Positions 27,853 to 38,194 are shown, numbered from the stretch's first letter. The stretch: 64,000 bases of DNA from an uncultured Thermoleophilia bacterium (GCA_963715985.1 CAVQSP010000017.1:192001-256000); one strand, 5' to 3'. Notes: generated by a model from the letters alone, not told the origin. Program-made: numbers and translations.

Positions 27853-30800
27853 GTGGCACACCCCACGCGCACTCCCAAGAGCGAGCAGTACACGAACGCC
27901 GCGCGCCCCGGCGCCGGGTGCGAGGGCGCCGCCGTGCCGGCGGCGGGCCGGCTCTTCGTCGGCGTGGACCTGGGCAAGGTCACGACCGCCGTCGCGGTCG
28001 GCGAGGTCGCGCCGGACGGCGAGCTGCGCATCCTCACCACGCAGGCGGAGCGGCATCTGGGAGATCCGCTGGCGCCGTTTCTGCGCCTGTACCGGGAGCT
28101 CGACCACGGACGGCTGGCCGGCCTCGCGGCGACCGGCGTGTACGGCGACAGGCTCGGCGAGCCCGCCGCCGGCGGTCTGCCCGAGGAGATCGCCCAGGAG
28201 GCCGCCGCGGCATGGCTCTACCCGGACGGACCGCTCAACGTCGTCCGCGTGGGTGGCGGCGGGTACTCCGTGCTCACGCGCGACGCGCGCGGCCGCGTGG
28301 CGTTCGAAGCCAACGAGCGCTGCTCGGCGGGGACCGGCGAGACGGTGGAAGGGCTGTGTACGCGGCTCGGACGCACGCTGGACGAGGCGATGGCGGCGGC
28401 GGAGGCGAGCCCGGACGGCGTCACCGTCACCAGCCGCTGCGCCGTGTTCGCCAAGAGCGAGCTCACCCACTTCGCCAACCAGGGCGAGCCGCACGGGCGC
28501 ATCTTCAAGGGGCTCTTCGCGGGCGTGGCCCGCAACGTGCACAGCCTGTACGACAAGAGCAAAGTCGACGGCCCCGTGCTGCTCATCGGGCACGGGGCCC
28601 TCATCGGCCCGGTGGCGGACGGCATCGCCGCGCTCAGCTCGGCACCGGTGGAAGTGGCCGCGGAGGCCGGCGTGTTCGAGGCGTTGGGGGCGCTCGCCCA
28701 CGCGGCGCGGGCCCGCGGCGAAGCGGGCACGGGCGTGGCGTTCCCGGCCGACCCGGCCGAGCTCGTGCGGCCGGCGCGATCGCGCATCGCGCGCCTGCCG
28801 CGTGCCGCCGACGGCCCCGGCGCCGTCGTCCGGCTGGAGGAGCCGGTGGCCGGCGCGGTCGCGCAGGAGGCGCCGGTCGTCCTCGGGCTGGACCTCGGCT
28901 CGACCGGCTCCAAGGCGGCCCTCGTCGACCTCGCCGGCGGCGCCGTGCGCGCCAGTGTGTACCGCCGCACGGAGGGCAACCCCGTCGAAGCCGCCCAGGC
29001 CCTGGTCGCCGAGATCACCGAGCGGCTGCCGGCCCCGGTGGTGGCCGTGGGGCTCACCGGCTCAGGCCGCGACGCCGCGGCGGCCGTCTTCCGTGCCGCC
29101 CTTCCCGAGCTCGGCGTCCGCCTCACCGTGGAGAACGAGATCGTCGCCCACGCCGTGGCCGCCGCCCGCCTGGACCCCGACGGCGGCCGCAGCCTCTCCA
29201 TCATCGAGATCGGTGGGCAGGACGCCAAGTTCATCAACGTCGAGGGCGGGCGCGTCGTGGACGCCGACATGAACCGCGTGTGCAGCGCCGGCACCGGGTC
29301 GTTCCTCGAAGAGCAGGCACAGGCGCACGGCGTGGACGACATCGCGGAGTTCGGGCGCCTCGCGGCGCTCAGCGAGGGCCCGCCGGACCTCGGCCAGACC
29401 TGCACCGTGTTCGTGGCCGACGTGGCCGCCGAGGCGCTCAACGACGGGTACACGCGCGAGGATATCTTCGCCGGCTTGCAGCACTCAGTGGTACGCAACT
29501 ACCGCAGCCGCGTGATGGGGCAGCGTCGCCTGCTGGAGCGCGTCTTCTTTCAGGGCAAGCCGGCCACCGACCCGGCGCTGGCGCGCACGGTGGCGGCGGT
29601 GCTCGAGCGTGACGTGTATGTGCCGGCCGACCCCGGCGCGATGGGCGCAGTGGGCATCGCCATGCTGGCCGCGGCGGCCGTGCCGGCCGGCGCAGACACC
29701 CCCGCCGTCGACCTGGCGCGCCTGCTCGATGCCGCGGTCGCCGGGCGCCGCGAGTTCCAGTGCCACGACCGGGACTGCAGCAATGCCTGCCGCCTCGAGC
29801 TCGCCGAGATCGACGTGCACGGGGAGCGCCGCAAGGTGGTCAGCGGCGGGCAGTGCCCCAAGTACGACGACATCTCGTCGGCGGGGGAGAAGCTCCCGCG
29901 CGAGGCTCCCAACCCGTACCGCGAGCGCGACGAGCTGCTGCGCGGACTCCTGGACGAGGCGCCGCAGGGACCCGGGGCGGCCGCCCTCACCGTGGGCCTG
30001 CCCTACGCCCACTATCTCATCGACACGATGCCCTTCTTCCACGCCTTGCTGAGCGGGCTGGGTCACAGCGTCGAGGTGCTTCGCCCCGGGCCCGACACGC
30101 TCGCCGAGGGCGACCGGCGCTGCGCCGCCCCCGGCGCCTGCGCGCCGGTCAAGCTCCTGCACGGCCTGGCCGGGGCGGACGTCGACGTACTGGTCGCCCC
30201 GTTGTTCGTGCACCTGCCTGCGCCCAATGCCGGGGACGTGACCTACACGTGCCCCATGGCGCAGGGCGCGCCGGACATGGTGGCGCGCGCCCTGGCCGCG
30301 GAGGGCTCGCGCGTGCGCGTGCTGCGCCCGGTGCTCTTCGAGAAGGAGGGTGACGGGTTCGACGCTCAGCGCACCCGGACGGCGTTGCGGCGCGCTGCGG
30401 AGGCGCTGGCTGAGGCGGCGGCTGCGCACGGTGACGCCCCGGCCGCAGGAGAAGTTCACGCCGGCAACGGCCACTCCGGCAACGGCACAGGCGCGAGCCT
30501 CTCTCCTCAGCGGTTCGCCGAGGCCTACGCCGTGGCCCTGGACGCCCAGCGCCGCTTCGAGGAGGGCTTGCGTGCCATCGGCAGGCGGGCTCTGGACTGG
30601 GCGCGCGCACACGGGTATCCGGTGGTGCTCATCGCCGGCGAGACGCACGTGATCCACGACGACGTGCTGGACGCCGGCATCCACGAGCTCGCGGCCGCCA
30701 ACGGTGCGCTCGCCCTGCCGGTGGACTGCTACCCGGTGCCGGACGACGTGCCGGGCCTCAAGCGCGTGCACTGGGCGAGCGCCGGGCAGACGCTGCGGGC

Positions 30801-32529
30801 CACGGCGGCCGGGGCGATGACCGGCGAGGTGTTCCCGCTCCTGCTCGGCGCCTACGGCTGCGGGCCCAACTCGATGATCGAGCACCTCTTCGCCGACCTC
30901 GTGGACGACTGGCCGCACGCCGTGCTGGAGAGCGACGGCCACGGCGGCAAGGCCGGCTACGTTACGCGCGTGCAGGCCTTTCTCCACAGCGTGCGCGCGT
31001 GGCGCACGGCGCACGGCGCGGCCGCGGAAGGCGTCGCCTCGGCGGCCGCGGACGGCGGCGCCTCGCCGGCCGCCGCGCTCCCCGCCTCGCGGCTGGCCCG
31101 CTTCGACCGCCCCTTGCCGCACAGCCTGGACGCCGGCTACGACCGCTTCTTCTTCGGCCACGTGGGCGGCGGCCTCGGCGCCCACCTGGCCGCGGCCATG
31201 CGCGGCGCCGGCTTCGACGCTACCTTCGTCGGCGAGCCTGACGCAGCGGCGCTGCGCGCCGCCGGCGCCGCCTGCTCGGGCAAGGAGTGCCTGCCCTACC
31301 AGCTCATCTGGGGCAGCTTCGCCCGCTTCCTGGAGCGGGAGGCGCGGGACCTGGACGGCCGCCGCGCCCTGTTCCTCAGCGCCGGCAACGGCTTCCAGGC
31401 CTGCCGCGCCAACCTCTTCCCCTACACGGAGCAGATGTCGCTGGAGAGGCTGGGTCTGGGTGACCGCGTCGAGGTCGCCGACTTCAGTCTCGTCACCTCC
31501 AACGTGCGCATGATGCCGGTGGTGTGGATCGCCCTCGTCGCCGTGGACCTCCTCAACATGCTGCGCTTCTACCACCTTGCCACGGAGAGGGTTCGCGGCG
31601 ACGCGGACGCGCTGTTCGACGAGTACTCGGCGCGGCTGGAGCGGATGCTCGAGCAGCCGCGCCCGGACGCCGGACTGGCCGGCAACGTCACCGGCGCCCT
31701 CCGCTTCTGCGACGAGGTCGAGGCGCTGCTCACCGAGGCTGCGCGCCGGTATGCGGCCGAGCCGCGCGCCGCGGTCGCCGACCTGCGCGACGTGTACCTC
31801 TGCGGCGACCTGTACCTGCGCGTGGACGAATGGGGCAACGACGACCTGCAGCGCAAGCTGTCGGACCACGGGCTGCGGCCGATCTTCGAGCCGTACGGCG
31901 CCTTCTTCGAGCTGCTGCAGCTGCGCCAGATCCAGGACGGCGTGCGTCTGCGCAAGGTGCCCGAGAAGCAGGCGACCCTGCTCACGATGCGCTACGTGGT
32001 GCGGCGCCTGCTGCGTGCGCTGCAGGCGGACCACCCATGGGCGTTCTGGCACGACGTCCGCGACGTCGACCGCGAGAGCCGCCGCCTCGTCGCCCCGTAT
32101 CCGTTCGGCGAGACCATCCCGGCGGTGGGCGGCGCGCTGCTCTCGTGGCGCACGCAGCCTGTGGACGGCGTGGTCTCGGTGGCGCCGCGCGGCTGCGGGC
32201 CGGCCCTGATCGCCGAAGCGCAGCTTCGGCGCGAGGCCGGCCTCCCCGCGCTCTTCATCTACAACGACGGCGACCCCATAGACGAGGCGCGGCTCGCCGG
32301 CTTCGCCTGGCGGCTGCACTCGCGTCCGCCACGGCGGGCGGCGGACGGCGGCCCGCGGCCCGCGGGCCGCCCACGCGGCCGCATCGTCGGCCGCCCGCCC
32401 ACGCCTGCGGCTCGCCCGGTCTCGCCCGCGACCCGTCCCATCACGCCTGCCGCCCGTCCCACGACGTCCGCGGCCCGACCGGCCACGACCCCGACGGCCC
32501 CGGCGCCGCCGCCCGCTTCGCGTTCGTAG
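27853..32529 (+). CDS. Acyl-CoA dehydratase activase-related multidomain protein (two BadF/BcrAD ASKHA modules + DUF2229)
   Basis: NERCSAGTG, RCAVFAKSE, DLGSTGSK, EIGGQDAK, CSAGTGSFLE, CTVF, CAPVK, GCGPNS and GKECLP; start uncertain (27745-27950). Confidence 0.9.
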   Translation: MAHPTRTPKSEQYTNAARPGAGCEGAAVPAAGRLFVGVDLGKVTTAVAVGEVAPDGELRILTTQAERHLGDPLAPFLRLYRELDHGRLAGLAATGVYGDRLGEPAAGGLPEEIAQEAAAAWLYPDGPLNVVRVGGGGYSVLTRDARGRVAFEANERCSAGTGETVEGLCTRLGRTLDEAMAAAEASPDGVTVTSRCAVFAKSELTHFANQGEPHGRIFKGLFAGVARNVHSLYDKSKVDGPVLLIGHGALIGPVADGIAALSSAPVEVAAEAGVFEALGALAHAARARGEAGTGVAFPADPAELVRPARSRIARLPRAADGPGAVVRLEEPVAGAVAQEAPVVLGLDLGSTGSKAALVDLAGGAVRASVYRRTEGNPVEAAQALVAEITERLPAPVVAVGLTGSGRDAAAAVFRAALPELGVRLTVENEIVAHAVAAARLDPDGGRSLSIIEIGGQDAKFINVEGGRVVDADMNRVCSAGTGSFLEEQAQAHGVDDIAEFGRLAALSEGPPDLGQTCTVFVADVAAEALNDGYTREDIFAGLQHSVVRNYRSRVMGQRRLLERVFFQGKPATDPALARTVAAVLERDVYVPADPGAMGAVGIAMLAAAAVPAGADTPAVDLARLLDAAVAGRREFQCHDRDCSNACRLELAEIDVHGERRKVVSGGQCPKYDDISSAGEKLPREAPNPYRERDELLRGLLDEAPQGPGAAALTVGLPYAHYLIDTMPFFHALLSGLGHSVEVLRPGPDTLAEGDRRCAAPGACAPVKLLHGLAGADVDVLVAPLFVHLPAPNAGDVTYTCPMAQGAPDMVARALAAEGSRVRVLRPVLFEKEGDGFDAQRTRTALRRAAEALAEAAAAHGDAPAAGEVHAGNGHSGNGTGASLSPQRFAEAYAVALDAQRRFEEGLRAIGRRALDWARAHGYPVVLIAGETHVIHDDVLDAGIHELAAANGALALPVDCYPVPDDVPGLKRVHWASAGQTLRATAAGAMTGEVFPLLLGAYGCGPNSMIEHLFADLVDDWPHAVLESDGHGGKAGYVTRVQAFLHSVRAWRTAHGAAAEGVASAAADGGASPAAALPASRLARFDRPLPHSLDAGYDRFFFGHVGGGLGAHLAAAMRGAGFDATFVGEPDAAALRAAGAACSGKECLPYQLIWGSFARFLEREARDLDGRRALFLSAGNGFQACRANLFPYTEQMSLERLGLGDRVEVADFSLVTSNVRMMPVVWIALVAVDLLNMLRFYHLATERVRGDADALFDEYSARLERMLEQPRPDAGLAGNVTGALRFCDEVEALLTEAARRYAAEPRAAVADLRDVYLCGDLYLRVDEWGNDDLQRKLSDHGLRPIFEPYGAFFELLQLRQIQDGVRLRKVPEKQATLLTMRYVVRRLLRALQADHPWAFWHDVRDVDRESRRLVAPYPFGETIPAVGGALLSWRTQPVDGVVSVAPRGCGPALIAEAQLRREAGLPALFIYNDGDPIDEARLAGFAWRLHSRPPRRAADGGPRPAGRPRGRIVGRPPTPAARPVSPATRPITPAARPTTSAARPATTPTAPAPPPASRS
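32390..32490 (+). repeat. Degenerate 21-bp tandem repeat encoding (x-T/S-P-A-A/T-R-P)x4
   Basis: PTPAARP-VSPATRP-ITPAARP-TTSAARP at the activase C-terminus. Confidence 0.6.
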
Positions 32530-32557
32530 CTCGCATCCCGCCCGGCAAGGAGGACCC

Positions 32558-33829
32558 GTGGCTGAGTACATGAAGAAGGCCGTTCCGCCGGCGCCGGCGG
32601 ATGAACAGGCCGTGCGCGACACCGTGAGCGAGATCCTGCGCCGCGTGAAAGCCGAGGGCCTGGCGGCCGTGCGCGACTACTCGCGGCGCTTCGACGGCTG
32701 GGACCCTCCCTCGTTCCGGGTCGCCGAGGCGGACATCCTGGCGGCGCGCGACCAGCTCGCCGCGGACGTGCTCGCCTCCCTCGAGTTCGCACACGACCAG
32801 GTGAAGCACTTCGCCGAGCTGCAGCGGGCGAGCATGCTCGAGTTCGAGGAGGAGACGCGGCCCGGCGTCTTCCTGGGCCAGAAGCACATCCCCATCGCCA
32901 ACGTGGGCGCGTACGTGCCCAGCGGCAAGTACCCCATGCTGATGAGCGCCCAGATGAGCATCCTCACCGCCAAGGTGGCCGGTGTGAGCCGGGTGGTCGG
33001 TTGCGCCCCGCCCTATGGTGGCTCGGGCATCTATCCCGAGGTGCTCTGGTCGATGCACCTGGCCGGCGCCGACGAGATCTGGGCGGTGGGTGGCGTGCAG
33101 GCGCTGGCGATGCTCGCCTACGGGGTCGAAGGGCTGCCGCCGGTCGACCTCATCGCCGGACCGGGGAACATGTACGTGGCCGAGGCCAAGCGCCAGCTGT
33201 TCGGCACCGTCGGCATCGACCTGCTGGCCGGCCCCACGGAGATCCTCATCATCGCCGACGAGAGCGCCGACCCCGTCATCGTGGCCGCTGACCTGCTCGG
33301 CCAGGCGGAGCACGGCCCTACGTCGCCGGCCGTGCTGGTCACCACCTCACGCGGACTCGCCGACCAGACGCTCGCCGAGCTGGACCGCCAGCTGCCGCTG
33401 CTGCCCTCGGCGGAGGTCATCCGCACGTCATGGGGCCAGCTCGGGGAGGTCATCGTCGCCGCCGACGCCGACGAGGCGGTGACGCTCGCCGACCGCTACG
33501 CGCCGGAGCACCTCGAGGTGCAGACCACCGACCCTGGCTGGTACGCCGAGCGGCTGCGCAACTACGGCACGCTGTGCGTCGGCGAGGAGGCCACCATCAC
33601 CTTCAGCGACAAGGCCATCGGCACCAACCACACGCTGCCGACGGCCGGGGCCGCCCGCTACACCGGCGGCCTCTGGGTCGGCAAGTTCCTCAAGACGGTG
33701 ACCTACCAGCGCTGCACGCGCGAAGGGGCACTGGACATCGCCCCGCACGCCGGCCTGCTCAGCGACGCCGAGCTCATGCCGGCGCATGCGGCGTCCGCCT
33801 ACGCGAGGGTCGCCAAGTACCGCGCCTGA
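32558..33829 (+). CDS. Histidinol dehydrogenase homolog (non-canonical, HpsN-related clade)
   Basis: GPGNMYVAEAKR, IDLLAGPTE, QAEHG, APEHL, DKAIGTNHTLPT and GGLWVGKFLKT; AAGGAGG RBS. Confidence 0.88.
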   Translation: MAEYMKKAVPPAPADEQAVRDTVSEILRRVKAEGLAAVRDYSRRFDGWDPPSFRVAEADILAARDQLAADVLASLEFAHDQVKHFAELQRASMLEFEEETRPGVFLGQKHIPIANVGAYVPSGKYPMLMSAQMSILTAKVAGVSRVVGCAPPYGGSGIYPEVLWSMHLAGADEIWAVGGVQALAMLAYGVEGLPPVDLIAGPGNMYVAEAKRQLFGTVGIDLLAGPTEILIIADESADPVIVAADLLGQAEHGPTSPAVLVTTSRGLADQTLAELDRQLPLLPSAEVIRTSWGQLGEVIVAADADEAVTLADRYAPEHLEVQTTDPGWYAERLRNYGTLCVGEEATITFSDKAIGTNHTLPTAGAARYTGGLWVGKFLKTVTYQRCTREGALDIAPHAGLLSDAELMPAHAASAYARVAKYRA

Positions 33830-33960
33830 GACTCACCGCGGGCGGCTCGCCTCGCGGCCGCCGCCGGCACGCTCCCGCTCGCGAGCTCTCCGCCGCCGCC
33901 CGCCTCGGCGCACCGCCGTAAGGCTGCCCGGCGGGCCATCGCGTATCATCGCGGGAGCCG

Positions 33961-34431
33961 ATGAGCGCTGCACCGACAAGGAGCCCTTGGCCGCGACTGG
34001 CGGCCGTCGCCGTCTGGGCCATCGCCTTCGCCCTCGTGGAGGCGACGGTCGTGGTCTACCTGCGCAGACTGTTAGGCCCCGAGTTCGCGCTGGAGTCCAC
34101 GCCCCGCACGTTCCACTTCCCGCCCGACTACCTGCACTTCGAGCAGGCACGCGAGGCGGCCACCATGGTCATGCTGCTGGCCGTCGGCTTCCTGGCCGGG
34201 CGCACCTGGTGGCAGCGGTTCGCCTACTGGCTCTTCGCCTTCGGCGCGTGGGACGTCTTCTACTACGCTTGGCTGTGGGTGTACTTGCGCTGGCCGTCCG
34301 GCTTCGGCAGCCGCGACCTGCTCTTCCTCATCCCCAACGAGTGGTGGGCGCCGGTGTGGGAGCCCGTGCTCGCCTCGTGCGCGTTCATGGTCGTCGCCGT
34401 GATGCTCCTCGCCTGGACGCGGCGCGCCTGA
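33961..34431 (+). CDS. Conserved hypothetical membrane protein
   Basis: About four hydrophobic segments; EA.VVVYLR, REAAT and WDVFYY motifs. Confidence 0.75.
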   Translation: MSAAPTRSPWPRLAAVAVWAIAFALVEATVVVYLRRLLGPEFALESTPRTFHFPPDYLHFEQAREAATMVMLLAVGFLAGRTWWQRFAYWLFAFGAWDVFYYAWLWVYLRWPSGFGSRDLLFLIPNEWWAPVWEPVLASCAFMVVAVMLLAWTRRA

Positions 34432-34452
34432 GCGGCGGCGGGCGGCCCGGAC

Positions 34453-35772
34453 TCAGCCCGGGCCGCTCCCCGCCGCGGCGCCGTGCCCCGCCGCCGCCGT
34501 CAGCGTGCCGGTCACGAAGTCGGCCGGCCCTCCGGGCGGGCGCAGACGCTTGCGCAGCAGCACGAACACCGCCCCGCCGGCGAGGCCGAGGGCCCCGGCG
34601 AGGACGAAGGCTGCGCGGCCGCCGAGCGCGTCCAGGGCGCGTCCGCCCAGGAGCGGGCCGAGGGCGTATCCGCCCATGTACACCAGCGTCCAGGCGCCCA
34701 TGTAGCGGCCGCGCAGCGCCGTCGGGGCGAGGTGGGAGACCACCGTGGCGGAGATCGGGATGAACAGCACCAGGCCCAGGGCGACGGCCGCCACGCAGAG
34801 GAACGTGCCGGGGTACGGCGTGAACGGCGCGGCGCCGACCCCCACGCCCAGGCAGCAGCTGGCGGCGGCCAGCGACACGATGTCGTTGCGCTTGCGCAGC
34901 AGCCGGACCACCGGGTACTGCAGGACGGTGATCAGGAGGCCGTAGGCGACCATGAGCAGACCCCACTGCTCGGCCGACACGCCTTGCAGGTCGCCGAGCA
35001 TGATCGGCATGGTCACCCAGACCTGCCCGAAGACGTACAGCGGCAGGAGGGCGACCAGGCAGAAGAGCAGCAGACGCCGGTCGCGCACGATGACCCGGTA
35101 GCCGCGGAAGGCGCGCACGAAGGGCTCGGGCCGTACCGAGGGCGGCCGTGTCTCCCCGAGCCTGGTCAGGACGAGCAGCAGGAACGCTGCGCAGATGACG
35201 CCGCCGACGAGGAAGGCGACGCGGAAGCTCGGGTCACGCGCGATCAGGGGCGCGGCGACGAGGGGCCCCACCGTGATGCCGGCGTTCATGGCCACGCGCA
35301 GGATGCTGAAAGCCTCGGAGCGCCGCTCCCACGGCGTGAGGTCGGCGATCATCGCGTTGGTCGAGGTGATGAACAGCGCCCAGCCGCACACTGCCTCGAA
35401 GGCGATCACGGGGATGACCACCGCGAGCTGGCGGCTCACGCCCAGGCCGATCAGCAGGCACACGGCGGCGAAGATGGCCAGGGCCAGCACGGGCCGGCGC
35501 CCGAAGCGGTCCACGGCCACGCCTCCGGCGATCTGGAAGGGCAGCCCGAGGAGGAGGGAAGCGCCGATGAGCAGACCGATGCTCGTCATCGAGAGACCGA
35601 GCTGCTCGCTCAGGTAGATCGTCTGGAACGGGTAGCACATGTTGTAGCCGATGAGGAAGACGAAGGCGCCGCCCGAGAGCAGCCAGAACTGGCGCGGCAG
35701 GCCGCGCGGCCCGCTCCCTGCTCCCCCTGTCGGTGGCTCTGACACCTCGTCCCCCCGGTCCTGCCGGCCCAT
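34453..35772 (-). CDS. MFS transporter
   Basis: About 12 TM helices; motif A GVAVDRFGRRPV; LAPTALRGRYMG. Confidence 0.92.
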   Translation of the reverse strand: MGRQDRGDEVSEPPTGGAGSGPRGLPRQFWLLSGGAFVFLIGYNMCYPFQTIYLSEQLGLSMTSIGLLIGASLLLGLPFQIAGGVAVDRFGRRPVLALAIFAAVCLLIGLGVSRQLAVVIPVIAFEAVCGWALFITSTNAMIADLTPWERRSEAFSILRVAMNAGITVGPLVAAPLIARDPSFRVAFLVGGVICAAFLLLVLTRLGETRPPSVRPEPFVRAFRGYRVIVRDRRLLLFCLVALLPLYVFGQVWVTMPIMLGDLQGVSAEQWGLLMVAYGLLITVLQYPVVRLLRKRNDIVSLAAASCCLGVGVGAAPFTPYPGTFLCVAAVALGLVLFIPISATVVSHLAPTALRGRYMGAWTLVYMGGYALGPLLGGRALDALGGRAAFVLAGALGLAGGAVFVLLRKRLRPPGGPADFVTGTLTAAAGHGAAAGSGPG

Positions 35773-35871
35773 GGTATCGGCCGCACTCTTCGCGAGCGAG
35801 CGGCGCCGCGAGATGGCGTTGCGACGGACAACGAGGCAGGCAACGGCTGGCGCGGCCGCCGATGGGGTATG

Positions 35872-35901
35872 CTTGAGCAGACAAGTACTTGCCTCGACAA
35901 G
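35872..35901 (+). promoter_or_regulatory. Two tandem CTTG-N6-CAAG boxes (MarR-type operator) upstream of pirin
   Basis: CTTG-AGCAGA-CAAG-TA-CTTG-CCTCGA-CAAG, abutting the RBS. Confidence 0.6.
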
Positions 35902-35910
35902 GAGGATGGA

Positions 35911-36852
35911 ATGGCCCCGGTCTCACGTCGCGTGGAGCGCGTCATCGAACCGCAGGCCGTGCTCGAGGGTGCCGGCGTACGCCTGCGTCGCAGCATCGCC
36001 ACGGCTACGCTTGACTACCTCGACCCGTTCCTGCTGCTCGACCACTTCCAGTCGGACGATCCCGACGACTACATGGCCGGGTTCCCCTGGCACCCGCACC
36101 GCGGCATCGAGACGGTCACGTACATGCTGGCCGGCGAGGTGGACCACCGCGACAGCATCGGCAACGCCGGGGCCATCGGCGCCGGCGACGTGCAGTGGAT
36201 GACCGCCGGGGGCGGCATCATGCACGAGGAGATGCCGCGGCCCGGCGCCGACAGGCGCATGGGCGGCTTCCAGCTCTGGGTGAACCTGCCGGCAGCGCTC
36301 AAGATGGCGCAGCCGCGCTACCAGGACGTGCCGGCGGCCAGCATCCCGGAGGTGCGCCGCGACGACGGCAGCGTGATCCGCGTCGTCGCCGGCGAGGTGG
36401 ACGGTGTCACCGGCGCGGTCTCGGAGATCTACGCCGAGCCCGAGTACCTGGACGTGTCGCTGCCGGCAGGCGTCGCCTTCCGGCAGCCGGTGCCGCAGGG
36501 GCACGCGGCCTTCGCCTACGTGTTCGAGGGCGAAGGCCTCGTCGGCGTGGGCGCCGATCTCGGCTACCGCGGAGAGCTGGACGGTGTGCTGCTCTCCGCG
36601 CCGCACATGGCGGTGTTCGGCGACGGCGACGAGGTGCGCGTGGAGGCCGACGGCTCGCCGGTCCGCTTCCTGCTGGTGAGCGGGCGGCCGCTCGGCGAGC
36701 CCATCGCCCGCTACGGCCCGTTCGTCATGAACACGCGCGAGGAGCTGCAGCTGGCGCTGCGCGACCTGCAGAACGACACCTTCGTGTGGCGCGACGACGC
36801 GGAGTGGGCGCGCCGCCGCGTGACCTGGTCGCCGGACGGCGGCGAGCGCTGA
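35911..36852 (+). CDS. Pirin family protein
   Basis: DPFLLLD, HPHRGIETVTY, QWMTAGGGIMHEE, QLWVNLP and YGPFVMN. Confidence 0.95.
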   Translation: MAPVSRRVERVIEPQAVLEGAGVRLRRSIATATLDYLDPFLLLDHFQSDDPDDYMAGFPWHPHRGIETVTYMLAGEVDHRDSIGNAGAIGAGDVQWMTAGGGIMHEEMPRPGADRRMGGFQLWVNLPAALKMAQPRYQDVPAASIPEVRRDDGSVIRVVAGEVDGVTGAVSEIYAEPEYLDVSLPAGVAFRQPVPQGHAAFAYVFEGEGLVGVGADLGYRGELDGVLLSAPHMAVFGDGDEVRVEADGSPVRFLLVSGRPLGEPIARYGPFVMNTREELQLALRDLQNDTFVWRDDAEWARRRVTWSPDGGER

Positions 36853-36929
36853 GCCGGCGCCCGGCGCGGCCGCTCGCCCTAGTGAGCGGTTTGCCTGCGG
36901 CGCCCCGCTCGCTGTGGTACCTGCGGCAG

Positions 36930-37772
36930 CTAGCCGGCGTCACGCAGAGCGAGCGTGGCCACCACCGGCCAGTGGTCGCTGGGCAGCCCGCCGGCCGGCG
37001 TGACGTGTTCGACGCGCGCGTCGAGCACGTCCCAATGCCTGCTCACGAGCACGTAGTCGATGCGCGTACCGTCGGTGGCGCCGTCCCAGTGGTGGTGCGT
37101 GCCGGCGCCGGGTCCGCGCTCGCCGAGGTGGGACAGGGTGTCGCGGAGGCCGCCGGCCACCAAGGCCGCCACGGCCGGGTCGGCGGCCGTGGCGTTGAGG
37201 TCGCCGAGCACGATCCACGGTAACGCCGGGTCCAGCCAGCGCAGCAGGGCCTCGGCGCTGCGCAGCCGTGACGCCGCTGAGGCACCGTCCCAGTGCGCGT
37301 CGGCCACCCCGAACCGGCCGCCGCCGGCGCGATCGGTGAAGCGGCACAGGGTGACCAATCGCGTCACGGGGTTGCCCCAGGTGCGCGAGCCGGGCACCGC
37401 CGGGGTGTCTGAGAACCAGCGCACCGTCCAGGAGTCCAGGTCCAGGCGCCCGGGGCGGTACAGCACGGTGCAGCGCTCGCCCCGCTCGCGGCCGTCGTCG
37501 CGGCCGGCGCCGAGGCCGGCGTAGCCGCGCAGCTTGCGGGCGAGGTAGCGCTGCTGGAAGCCGTGGACCTCCTGCAGCCCGACGACCTCCGCGTGCAGAC
37601 GCTCGATGCCGGCCGCCGCGGCGCGGCGCCGCAGCGGCCAGGAGTGCGCGCCGTCCCACGCCAGGCCGTGCCTCAGGTTGAGGCTCGCTGCGACGAGGGC
37701 GGCGCCCCCGCTGCGGGGGGCGCCGCCCTCGTCGCACGTGACTGTCGGCGCCGCCTCGGTCACGTGGGCCAC
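36930..37772 (-). CDS. Endonuclease/exonuclease/phosphatase family protein
   Basis: SLNLR, GLQEV, GDLNA, RIDYV and PSDHWPV motifs. Confidence 0.92.
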   Translation of the reverse strand: MAHVTEAAPTVTCDEGGAPRSGGAALVAASLNLRHGLAWDGAHSWPLRRRAAAAGIERLHAEVVGLQEVHGFQQRYLARKLRGYAGLGAGRDDGRERGERCTVLYRPGRLDLDSWTVRWFSDTPAVPGSRTWGNPVTRLVTLCRFTDRAGGGRFGVADAHWDGASAASRLRSAEALLRWLDPALPWIVLGDLNATAADPAVAALVAGGLRDTLSHLGERGPGAGTHHHWDGATDGTRIDYVLVSRHWDVLDARVEHVTPAGGLPSDHWPVVATLALRDAG

Positions 37773-38194
37773 ATGTCCTTGTTCGATGCGGCCTCGTACC
37801 CGCGGGCAAGGTGGTCAGCGTGGGGCTCGTGCCTCTTGCGCTCCTCGCGGTCCTGCCTCTCTCGGCGCTCGCTCGGCGTGGACTTGCCGACCGAGTCGTC
37901 GCCGCGCTCGACGTAGTCCTTGAACACGACGAGGTCGCGGGCCATGTTCTGCTCCAGCACCTGCTGCGGGACCGTATCGTCCCCGTTGGTGTCGACGGTG
38001 AACACGACGGTGGTCCACCCGCCGGCGGCGGGCTCGAAGCTGATCAGGCCGACGCGTACGGCGTCCACACAGGCGAGCTCGTCGCAGGCGAGTCGCTGGT
38101 GGCCGCTGATGATCCAGCGGATGAAGTGTGACCACGCCGCTTCGGTCACTGAAGGTGCTGCCTCTACCAGGATCTGACGACGGAGCTCGCTCAT
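37760..38194 (-). CDS. Hypothetical protein, possibly a degenerate SRPBCC/cyclase fold
   Basis: ATG 38194 after AGAGGGG; ISFEP...TTVVF...RDLVVFKDYVE. Confidence 0.6.
   Translation of the reverse strand: MSELRRQILVEAAPSVTEAAWSHFIRWIISGHQRLACDELACVDAVRVGLISFEPAAGGWTTVVFTVDTNGDDTVPQQVLEQNMARDLVVFKDYVERGDDSVGKSTPSERRERQDREERKRHEPHADHLARGYEAASNKDMWPT

Noticed and set aside
32558-33829. Assigning the symbol hisD or hpsN
   Set aside because: Signatures fit a HisD-homolog clade with no his operon context; substrate cannot be determined from sequence
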